DNA from: a virus
Taxonomy: Duplodnaviria > Heunggongvirae > Uroviricota > Caudoviricetes
Length of the DNA: 33,214 nucleotides
Virus record (IMG/VR): IMGVR_UViG_2537561930_000012
Reading direction: 5' to 3' (one strand)
Part shown: piece after piece, positions 1-6,718 of the stretch
How the letters are laid out: each line of letters starts with the position of its first letter
Numbering within the stretch: the first letter of the stretch is position 1
Position numbers and translations under genes: made by a program
Notes under the pieces: generated by a model
What the model saw: only the letters and a program-made list of their open reading frames with translations
Database searches by the model: none
Told to the model about the DNA's origin: nothing

Positions 1-1047
1 GTGCGGGTATTACTTCGACCTGTTCTGGTACCGGAACTCGGGCTGGTGATCGTTAAGCCGGGCCGTGAATCCATGCCGGTATTCCACAATACCCGGGTAC
101 TGGTGGAGCCGGAACCGAAAAGCATGCGTAATCTGTCGTCCGGGGTCGTTCCTGCCGTTCGCCAGCCGCTGGCGGAGGATAAATCATTACTGCCATTTTT
201 CAGCGACGAACGAGTGATTCGTGCTGCTGGTGGCGCTGGCGCATTGTCTGACTGGTTACTGCGCCATGTTAAATCCTGCCAGTGGCCACACGGCGATTAT
301 CACCACAGTGAAACCGTCATTCACCGTTATGGTACCGGCGCAATGGTGTTGTGCTGGCACTGCGACAACCAGCTGCGCGACCAGACCTCCGAATCACTCG
401 GGCAACTTGCTCACCAAAACCTGTCTGCATGGATGATTGACGTCATACTCCATGCAATGATTGGCTCGCAGGAACGGGAATTATCGCTGGCTGAATTATC
501 CTGGTGGGCGGTCCGCAATCAGGTGGCGGACGCGCTACCGGAAGCGGTATTACGTCGTTCGCTGGGGTTGCGTGCGGAAAAAATCCGCTCAATGTACCGT
601 GAAAGCGACATCGTACCGGGAGAGCAGACCGCCACCAGCATACTGAAGCAGCGCACAAAAAATCTTGCGCCGCTGCCTCACGCCCACCAGCAAAACCCGC
701 CACAGGAAGAGACGGTGGTCAGCATTGCCGTTGATCCTGAGTCTCCGGAATCTTTCATGAAACGACCTAAACGTCGCCGCTGGGTTAACGAGAAATACAC
801 ACGCTGGGTGAAGACACAGCCGTGTGCGTGTTGTGGTAAGCCAGCCGACGATCCCCATCACCTGATTGGTCATGGTCAGGGCGGAATGGGGACAAAATCT
901 CACGATATTTTCACGCTACCGCTGTGTCGGGAGCATCACAACGAGCTTCATGCGGATCCTCTGGCGTTCGAAGAAAAGCATGGTTCTCAGGTTGATTTAA
1001 TTTTTCGTTTTCTTGATCACGCCTTTGCAACTGGCGTGCTTGGGTAA
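1..1047 (+). CDS. DUF968-family prophage protein (YdfU-like) with C-terminal HNH/zinc-finger-like motif; starts with GTG at window position 1, may be complete or 5'-truncated
   Basis: 348-aa ORF; C-terminus has CACCGKPADDPHHLIGHG...CREHHNELH, a Cys/His HNH-like motif; sits where nin-region genes lie upstream of rusA and Q. Confidence 0.7.
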   Translation: MRVLLRPVLVPELGLVIVKPGRESMPVFHNTRVLVEPEPKSMRNLSSGVVPAVRQPLAEDKSLLPFFSDERVIRAAGGAGALSDWLLRHVKSCQWPHGDYHHSETVIHRYGTGAMVLCWHCDNQLRDQTSESLGQLAHQNLSAWMIDVILHAMIGSQERELSLAELSWWAVRNQVADALPEAVLRRSLGLRAEKIRSMYRESDIVPGEQTATSILKQRTKNLAPLPHAHQQNPPQEETVVSIAVDPESPESFMKRPKRRRWVNEKYTRWVKTQPCACCGKPADDPHHLIGHGQGGMGTKSHDIFTLPLCREHHNELHADPLAFEEKHGSQVDLIFRFLDHAFATGVLG

Positions 1048-1059
1048 AGAAGGTGACTG

Positions 1060-1434
1060 ATGCTCATAGATTTGGTTTTACCTTACCCGCCGACGGTGAA
1101 CACTTACTGGCGACGCCGTGGCAGCACATATTTTATCTCGGAGGAGGGAAAGCGTTATCGCCGGGCTGTGGCGCTTATTGTTCGCCAGCAGCGGCTGAAA
1201 TTAAGCCTGTCCGGAAGGCTGGCGATAAAGGTGATTGCAGAGCCACCGGATAAGCGTCGTCGCGACCTGGACAATATCCTGAAAGCACCGCTGGATGCGC
1301 TGACGCATGCGGGAGTGTTAATGGACGATGAGCAGTTTGATGAAATCAATATCGTTCGTGGTCAGCCAGTATCTGGTGGACGTATGGGGGTGAAGATTTA
1401 CCCCATAATGCATGAAGAGCAGGTCAAAAAATGA
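1060..1434 (+). CDS. rusA: Holliday junction resolvase RusA (crossover junction endodeoxyribonuclease)
   Basis: 124-aa ORF with RusA hallmarks (PPTVNTYWRRRG..., DKRRRDLDNILKAPLDALTHAGV...DDEQ); stop overlaps Q start (ATGA). Confidence 0.85.
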   Translation: MLIDLVLPYPPTVNTYWRRRGSTYFISEEGKRYRRAVALIVRQQRLKLSLSGRLAIKVIAEPPDKRRRDLDNILKAPLDALTHAGVLMDDEQFDEINIVRGQPVSGGRMGVKIYPIMHEEQVKK

Positions 1435-2252
1435 AACTGGAAGATTTACCGAAATACTACTCCCCAAAATCCCCTGGCCTGACCGATGCATCGGCCTCAA
1501 CGTCAAAAGATGCGCTGAGTATCACTGATGTGATGGCCGCGCAGGGCATGACACAGAATCGGGCTGAGATGGGGTTTTCTGCGTTCCTGGGGAAAATGGG
1601 CATCAGTATGAATGACAGGGCGCGGGCAACAGAATTACTGGCAGATTATGCACTCAGTCGGTGCGATCGTGTGGCGGCGTTGAGAAAACTTCCGGCAGAA
1701 ATAAAACCGTTAGTGATGCGCATTATGGCTTCGTACGCTTTTGAGGATTATGCCCGCAGCGCAGCGAGTAAAAAGCAGTGCCCTTGTTGCTATGGGGAAA
1801 AATTTATTGAAAGCGTAGTTTTTACAAACAAGGTCCAGTATCCGGATGGTAAGCCGCCGGTATGGGCAAAGTGTACGAAAGGTGTGTATCCGTCTTACTG
1901 GGAAGAATGGAAAAAAGTCAGGGAGGTGGTAAAAGTTGCCTGTCCGGAGTGTGGCGGAAAGGGTGAGGTTTCCACCGCCTGTAAGGATTGCCGTGGGCGT
2001 GGTGTCGCCATTCATCGTGAAGAGTCGGTAAAACGTGGTATGCCTGTTATCAGAGACTGCCAGCGTTGTGGTGGTCGTGGCTATGAAAGACTACCATCAA
2101 CGGAGGCATTTAATGCTATATGCGAGGTGACAAACCAGATAACACGCGCGTCATGGGAAAAAACAGTTAAGAAATTCTATGATGCGCTGGTGACCCGGTT
2201 TGATATTGAAGAAGCATGGGCTGAGCGGCAGTTAAAAAAGGTAACTAGGTAA
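1431..2252 (+). CDS. Late-gene antitermination protein Q (phage 21/82-type)
   Basis: 273-aa ORF with several CxxC zinc-binding motifs (CPCC, CPEC, CKDC, CQRC); immediately upstream of a promoter/terminator pair and the lysis cassette. Confidence 0.7.
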   Translation: MKLEDLPKYYSPKSPGLTDASASTSKDALSITDVMAAQGMTQNRAEMGFSAFLGKMGISMNDRARATELLADYALSRCDRVAALRKLPAEIKPLVMRIMASYAFEDYARSAASKKQCPCCYGEKFIESVVFTNKVQYPDGKPPVWAKCTKGVYPSYWEEWKKVREVVKVACPECGGKGEVSTACKDCRGRGVAIHREESVKRGMPVIRDCQRCGGRGYERLPSTEAFNAICEVTNQITRASWEKTVKKFYDALVTRFDIEEAWAERQLKKVTR

Positions 2253-2257
2253 CAAGG

Positions 2258-2285
2258 TTGATTTTTCCGGAATCTGTGGTAAATT
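2258..2285 (+). promoter_or_regulatory. Candidate late promoter pR' (sigma70; -35 TTGATT, 16-bp spacer, extended -10 TGgTAAATT)
   Basis: TTGATT at 2258-2263 and TAAATT at 2280-2285 preceded by TG; located just after the Q stop as in lambdoid phages. Confidence 0.45.
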
Positions 2286-2332
2286 CGTCATAACGATGGG
2301 CGTTTTATGCCTGACGTTAGAAGAGTTTCTAC

Positions 2333-2358
2333 AACCCGCCGCCGAGCGGGTTTTTTAT
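2333..2358 (+). terminator. Intrinsic terminator (tR'-like) downstream of pR'
   Basis: GC stem cccgc/gcggg (2335-2339 / 2346-2350), extendable to 7 bp, followed by TTTTTTATT. Confidence 0.5.
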
Positions 2359-2395
2359 TGCGGAATTAATTATGGACCGTTATTATTCTGCTCCC

Positions 2396-2471
2396 GGCCC
2401 TTTAGCTCAGTGGTGAGAGCGAGCGACTCATAATCGACAGGTCGCTGGGTCAAATCCAGCAAGGGCCACCA
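2396..2471 (+). tRNA. tRNA-Ile(CAU)-like (ileX/ileZ-type), with non-canonical features
   Basis: 76 nt; 7-bp acceptor stem GGCCCTT/AAGGGCC plus ACCA; anticodon loop CTCATAA; two anticodon-stem mismatches and a T-loop GTCAAAT (G at position 54). Confidence 0.6.
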
Positions 2472-2472
2472 A

Positions 2473-2549
2473 CCGTCACCAGTTCATCAGGAAAGAGCGT
2501 CAACCCTTTAAGTTGAGTGTGCGAGGTTCGAGTCCCCGGTGGCGGTCCA
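2473..2549 (+). tRNA. Divergent tRNA-like gene, anticodon loop CCUUUAA (UUU, Lys-type) with unusual C33; possibly a pseudo-tRNA
   Basis: 77 nt; acceptor CCGTCAC/GTGGCGG (one G-U) plus T-CCA; D-stem GTTC/GAGC; perfect 5-bp anticodon stem TCAAC/GTTGA; T-loop TTCGAGT. Confidence 0.35.
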
Positions 2550-2551
2550 GT

Positions 2552-2627
<76 letters not shown>

Positions 2628-2630
2628 TAT

Positions 2631-2705
<75 letters not shown>

Positions 2706-2912
2706 GTTAGAGTCTTTCAGTCTGCGATGATGGGAAATCCCGGAGTGACTGAAAGACGTTTAAGTTATGAATGATCGCTTTTTTTTGCAAAATTGCTGTG
2801 CAGAAATACTAACCTTCGGGCAGGCGATCATTCATAAGCACTCTGCTTTTATTCCGATTAACTGTGGGTGGTTTGTTGGATAGAGTGCTTTCCTTACTGT
2901 ATATATTGTTTC

Positions 2913-2938
2913 GCCCGCTTTTGCGGGCTTTTCTTTTC
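2913..2938 (+). terminator. Intrinsic terminator-like hairpin upstream of the holin gene
   Basis: gcccgc-tttt-gcgggc hairpin followed by TTTTCTTTTC. Confidence 0.45.
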
Positions 2939-2997
2939 AAATCCCTTTCATTTCTCAGTGTAAAACTACGCCATCCGTTATTTGCGGAGGTGAGGCT

Positions 2998-3213
2998 ATG
3001 AAATCCATGGACAAAATTTCAACGGGCATTGCCTATGGCACCTCCGCAGGCAGTGCTGGCTACTGGTTTTTACAGTGGCTTGATCAGGTCAGTCCGTCAC
3101 AGTGGGCTGCGATTGGTGTACTGGGGAGTCTGGTTCTGGGCTTCCTGACTTATCTGACAAATCTGTACTTCAAAATCAGAGAAGACAAGCGTAAGGCTGC
3201 ACGGGGAGAGTAA
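2998..3213 (+). CDS. Class II holin, phage 21 S21-type pinholin, with dual-start motif (Met1/Met4)
   Basis: 71-aa [56 protein letters not shown]...; two TM segments; strong SD GGAGGTGAGG upstream. Confidence 0.85.
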   Translation: MKSMDKISTGIAYGTSAGSAGYWFLQWLDQVSPSQWAAIGVLGSLVLGFLTYLTNLYFKIREDKRKAARGE

Positions 3214-3217
3214 TTCA

Positions 3218-3568
3218 ATGACTCAAAACTATGAACTGATTGTGAAAGGGATCCGCAATTTTGAGAATAAAGTTACGGTAACTTTAGCGTTACGGGACAA
3301 AAAACGCTTTGACGGTGAAATTTTTGACCTGGACATCTCGCTGGACCGTGTTGAAGGTGCCGCGCTGGAGTTTTATGAGGCAGCAGCCAGAATGAGCATC
3401 AGACAGGTCTTCCTGGATGTTGCTGCCGGGTTATGTGAAGGGGATGAGCAGTCGCCGGAAAAGCGCCCCGTAATTTTAGAGGCGCAGAATGTATGGATAA
3501 CCTACAAAGGAAAGCTACCGGGAAGAATTACTGGTTCTCTGAAGACTCCTCCGGAATCACAACCTTAA
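3218..3568 (+). CDS. DUF1327-family protein (YdfR-like) between holin and endolysin
   Basis: 116-aa ORF in the same position as ydfR in E. coli cryptic lambdoid prophages. Confidence 0.65.
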   Translation: MTQNYELIVKGIRNFENKVTVTLALRDKKRFDGEIFDLDISLDRVEGAALEFYEAAARMSIRQVFLDVAAGLCEGDEQSPEKRPVILEAQNVWITYKGKLPGRITGSLKTPPESQP

Positions 3569-3631
3569 GTCACTGACCGGAACAGATAAACCTGTCCGTG
3601 GGCAGAAACCGATAAATCCTGATAAATATCC

Positions 3632-4165
3632 ATGAACGCAAAAATCAGATACGGCCTGTCGGCTGCCGTTTTGGCACTGATTGCCGTCGGTGCGCCCGCG
3701 CCTGATATTCTCGACCAGTTTCTGGATGAAAAAGAAGGTAACCACACAACGGCATACCGCGATGGGTCCGGCATCTGGACCATCTGTCGGGGTGCCACGA
3801 TGGTGGATGGAAAACCCGTTTTTCCCGGTATGAAACTGTCGAAGGAAAAATGCGACCAGGTCAACGCCATTGAGCGTGATAAGGCGCTGGCATGGGTGGA
3901 GCGCAATATTAAAGTACCACTGACCGAACCACAAAAAGCGGGTATAGCGTCATTTTGTCCCTATAACATTGGCCCCGGTAAGTGTTTCCCGTCGACGTTT
4001 TATAAGCGGCTGAATGCCGGTGATCGTAAGGGTGCATGCGAGGCGATTCGCTGGTGGATAAAAGATGGTGGGCGCGATTGCCGCATACGTTCAAATAACT
4101 GCTATGGACAGGTTATTCGCCGTGACCAGGAAGCGGCACTGGTGTGCTGGGGTATCGACAGCTAG
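3632..4165 (+). CDS. SAR endolysin (phage lysozyme, GH24, RrrD/R21-like)
   Basis: 177-aa ORF; N-terminal Ala/Gly-rich signal-anchor-release segment (LSAAVLALIAVGAPAP); catalytic E-x8-D-x5-T motif (EGNHTTAYRDGSGIWT). Confidence 0.85.
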   Translation: MNAKIRYGLSAAVLALIAVGAPAPDILDQFLDEKEGNHTTAYRDGSGIWTICRGATMVDGKPVFPGMKLSKEKCDQVNAIERDKALAWVERNIKVPLTEPQKAGIASFCPYNIGPGKCFPSTFYKRLNAGDRKGACEAIRWWIKDGGRDCRIRSNNCYGQVIRRDQEAALVCWGIDS

Positions 4166-4364
4166 CAGAATATTTTGCTGAAAAATGGCGTGTGCTCCCG
4201 CGAGCGGATAACACGAAATCCTGCAAACTGGCAAAAGGTAAGTGAATAAAAGTAAAACCCCGGCTGGGGGAACAGTCCGGGGTTGCATTTTGACAAATCA
4301 GACATGGATATAATTCATGCACGTAAAGGATAACAATAAAACCTTTCTGAGTATAGGGTGCAGT

Positions 4365-4469
4365 ATGACACCTAAAGCAGCAAATATTGCCGGAATTATT
4401 CTTGCATTATCGGCAATGATCGGGGCAATTGGTTTTGCGGTTGCAGCGATAGCATATGTTTGTAGATAA
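4365..4469 (+). CDS. Hypothetical small hydrophobic peptide (34 aa, single predicted TM helix)
   Basis: ATG ORF MTPKAANIAGIILALSAMIGAIGFAVAAIAYVCR in the 700-bp endolysin-Rz gap; not in the ORF track (below its length cutoff). Confidence 0.3.
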   Translation: MTPKAANIAGIILALSAMIGAIGFAVAAIAYVCR

Positions 4470-4599
4470 GACAGAAAATACGGCGAATCTCTGCCTTATC
4501 CGGGCGGTGGCTTTTGCCATTAAGTGGGTGGCGGTTGGCATCGCCGTGTCTCCGATGCTGTATGGGCTGGCAAAATTGATTGTTGCTCTGAAATCGTGA
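4456..4599 (+). CDS. Hypothetical small hydrophobic peptide (47 aa from ATG, 30 aa from internal GTG at 4507), paralogous to the 4780-4866 ORF
   Basis: MFVDKTENTANLCLIRAVAFAIKWVAVGIAVSPMLYGLAKLIVALKS; shares the motif R-A-x-A-F-A-I-(K/R)-x-V-A-V with the next small ORF at DNA and protein level. Confidence 0.3.
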   Translation: MFVDKTENTANLCLIRAVAFAIKWVAVGIAVSPMLYGLAKLIVALKS

Positions 4600-4779
4600 G
4601 TGGTGATGGGGGTCATGAGGGACATGGCAACTGATGATAAAAGCAGAAACAACTTCGCAGGGTGCTGACGATGCCGCAAAAATCATCGCGGTATGCCGGG
4701 GCATCAGACATATACTGACGCCAGTTGCATGGATTATTTGTACTGCACTGGTTGCATACACAACAATTTATTTAAACAG

Positions 4780-4866
4780 ATGAGTGCTGATTTTATTCGG
4801 GCAACGGCCTTTGCAATTCGCCTTGTGGCGGTCGCTGTTCTGGTCTGGGCAATCCGTTGGTGGTGA
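4780..4866 (+). CDS. Hypothetical small hydrophobic peptide (28 aa), paralogous to the 4456-4599 ORF; stop abuts the Rz start
   Basis: MSADFIRATAFAIRLVAVAVLVWAIRWW; stop TGA at 4864-4866 lies one base before the Rz ATG at 4868. Confidence 0.3.
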   Translation: MSADFIRATAFAIRLVAVAVLVWAIRWW

Positions 4867-4867
4867 T

Positions 4868-5335
4868 ATGAACCGTGTTCTGTATGTAGTGATTGCTATG
4901 CTGCTGGTGGCCTGTGTTGTGCTTAGTCTGGGGCTGAATCATTACCGTGATAACGCCATCGCCGACAAAGAACAGCGTGATAAAAAAGTCAGTGAGCTGA
5001 AGCAGGCGACCGCCACCATCGCTGACATGCAGCAGCGTCAGCGTGATGTTGCTGCGATCGATGCAAAATACACGAAGGAGTTAGCCGATGCGAAAACTGA
5101 AAATGAAACTCTGCGCGCTGATGTTGCCGCTGGTCGTAAGCGCCTGCGGGTCAATGCCAGTTGCTCCGCAGCCGTGCGTGAAGCCACCGGACCCACCAGC
5201 ATGGATAATGCAACCAGCCCCCGACTGGCAGACACCGCTGAACGGGATTATTTCACCCTCAGAGAACGGTTGATGACGATGCAGAAGCAACTGGAAGGGG
5301 CGCAGGAATATATCCGCACCCAGCGCATTAAGTAG
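4868..5335 (+). CDS. Rz: Spanin inner-membrane subunit Rz (i-spanin)
   Basis: 155-aa ORF from ATG 4868 (track ORF 4784-5335 is the same frame); N-terminal TM helix then coiled-coil-like charged region; Rz1 embedded in another frame. Confidence 0.8.
   Translation: MNRVLYVVIAMLLVACVVLSLGLNHYRDNAIADKEQRDKKVSELKQATATIADMQQRQRDVAAIDAKYTKELADAKTENETLRADVAAGRKRLRVNASCSAAVREATGPTSMDNATSPRLADTAERDYFTLRERLMTMQKQLEGAQEYIRTQRIK
5088..5273 (+). CDS. Rz1: Spanin outer-membrane lipoprotein Rz1 (o-spanin), embedded within Rz
   Basis: 61-aa ORF with lipobox LVVSAC and Pro-rich mature region (CVKPPDPPAWIMQPAPDWQTPLNGII). Confidence 0.8.
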   Translation: MRKLKMKLCALMLPLVVSACGSMPVAPQPCVKPPDPPAWIMQPAPDWQTPLNGIISPSENG

Positions 5336-5356
5336 CTGGAGAAAAAACACGAATCT

Positions 5357-5719
5357 GTGGTTTTTACTGAGCGCGGTGTACACGGTGGAACATATGGCGG
5401 GAAGTTTGTTGCTTATGATTATGCAGCATGGCTAAACCCCGGATTTAAATATGCAGCCTATAAAGTCCTGGATGACTACTTCACCGGAGAACTTCAGCAT
5501 CGCAACAGCTTAAGTGCGCAGCTCAATATGAAGTGTCATGAGTTTGATCAGAAAAAAGATATGGCGAGCTTCTGTGGACAAGGGCTGGCGGCATGGCGCT
5601 ATACGAAGCCAGTGTTGGTCGCTGAGATTAACTCCCTGGCTAACCAGCTGCAGATAACGATCCCCGGGCTGTCCGGTATTTGCCGGTATGAAATTACCGG
5701 AAGGCGCGGTCGTTACTGA
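5357..5719 (+). CDS. Hypothetical protein with KilA-N-like motif; probably an N-terminally truncated remnant
   Basis: 120-aa ORF (GTG start) with GTYGGKFVAYDYAAWLNPGF resembling the KilA-N core; frame is closed just upstream by the Rz stop. Confidence 0.3.
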   Translation: MVFTERGVHGGTYGGKFVAYDYAAWLNPGFKYAAYKVLDDYFTGELQHRNSLSAQLNMKCHEFDQKKDMASFCGQGLAAWRYTKPVLVAEINSLANQLQITIPGLSGICRYEITGRRGRY

Positions 5720-6182
5720 GTAACAGCAGGCATTACAGCAGCCCTTCACTGAGGGGCTGCGATAATGTGAGGAATAAAAAACCGGCAGGGGAAATCCATT
5801 GAAGATTTGCCGGTGGCAAAAGATGGCCATGCTTTTAACCTTAGTAGCAGAGTTACGGAGTTCAACAACGACCGTCGCCGTTATCTTGCTGAAAGGCGTT
5901 TCAATGATTTTCATCAATTTATTCATCAGCAATGGTGATAATCACTCTCATTTTGGCGGGTCCTTCCGGTGGGGTGGCCTGCCACGGGGCGGGAGCGTCG
6001 CGGAAAAAGGCTAGTTTTTGCATTTCCATGGTGGCGGCAGCATGTTTGGTAATTTATTGATAATTAAAAGTTATTTCTCTTTTCAGCTGTACAATATTTT
6101 TTTCTCCCTGTCATTAGACTCGTTTGCAATTAATTGAAATATATAAATAAACCTGATTTTCACCTGCCAGATGGAGTTGCTT

Positions 6183-6710
6183 ATGTCAAATGTGAGCGGG
6201 ATCGGTGATGCTTATTACTGGAGTGTTTTTAAAATCGCCGAGGCCTTTGGGCTTCACCGGGACACAGTAAAAAAACGGCTCCTCGCGGCCAACACTCCTG
6301 TGGCTGCGACTGTCAGGGGGAACCCCGTTTACGCCCTGCAGCATGTCGGGCCTGCCCTGTTTAGTGTGAAGCATGAGGCAGCAGACTCTGTTCATGATCC
6401 ATCCCGTATGGAGCCGAAAGAGAGAAAGGACTGGTACCAGTCGGAAAATGAAAGGATCAAGTTGGAAAAGGAGCAGCGAAAACTCATCCCCGTTGATGAA
6501 GTAGTCATCGTCTATTCGTCCATGAGAAAGGCTGTCGTCCAGGTTCTGGAGACAATTCCGGATGTTCTTGAACGCGATTGCGCCCTGACTCCTCAGGCCG
6601 TTGGCGTTGTACAGCAGGCCATTGATGACCTGCGATACACTCTTCAGGAAAAATCCTACGAGGCTTGTGCTGCTGAATTAATTCCTGATGAGGAAGGAGA
6701 GAGTCTCTAG
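6183..6710 (+). CDS. Terminase small subunit (Nu1-like, N-terminal HTH)
   Basis: ORF 6171-6710; ATG 6183 has better SD spacing (GGAG at 6173-6176); immediately upstream of the large terminase. Confidence 0.65.
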   Translation: MSNVSGIGDAYYWSVFKIAEAFGLHRDTVKKRLLAANTPVAATVRGNPVYALQHVGPALFSVKHEAADSVHDPSRMEPKERKDWYQSENERIKLEKEQRKLIPVDEVVIVYSSMRKAVVQVLETIPDVLERDCALTPQAVGVVQQAIDDLRYTLQEKSYEACAAELIPDEEGESL

Positions 6711-6718
6711 GAGGAATA

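Noticed and set aside
2706-2997. Possible Shiga toxin (stxA/stxB) locus between the tRNAs and the holin
   Set aside because: In Stx phages the toxin genes occupy this position, but here the interval is only about 290 bp with no ORF; no stx genes are present.
4396-4761. 121-aa and 90-aa minus-strand ORFs in the endolysin-Rz gap
   Set aside because: Translations are Cys/His-rich with no motif; the + strand small hydrophobic ORFs explain the region better.
4902-4909. Chi sequence GCTGGTGG inside Rz
   Set aside because: A single 8-mer occurrence is expected by chance in enterobacterial-like DNA; no evidence of functional significance.
5510-6014. Minus-strand 140-aa ORF and + strand 71-aa ORF in the Rz-terminase interval
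   Set aside because: No start context or motifs; they overlap the KilA-N-like ORF and a hairpin-rich probable cos region, so are treated as non-coding.
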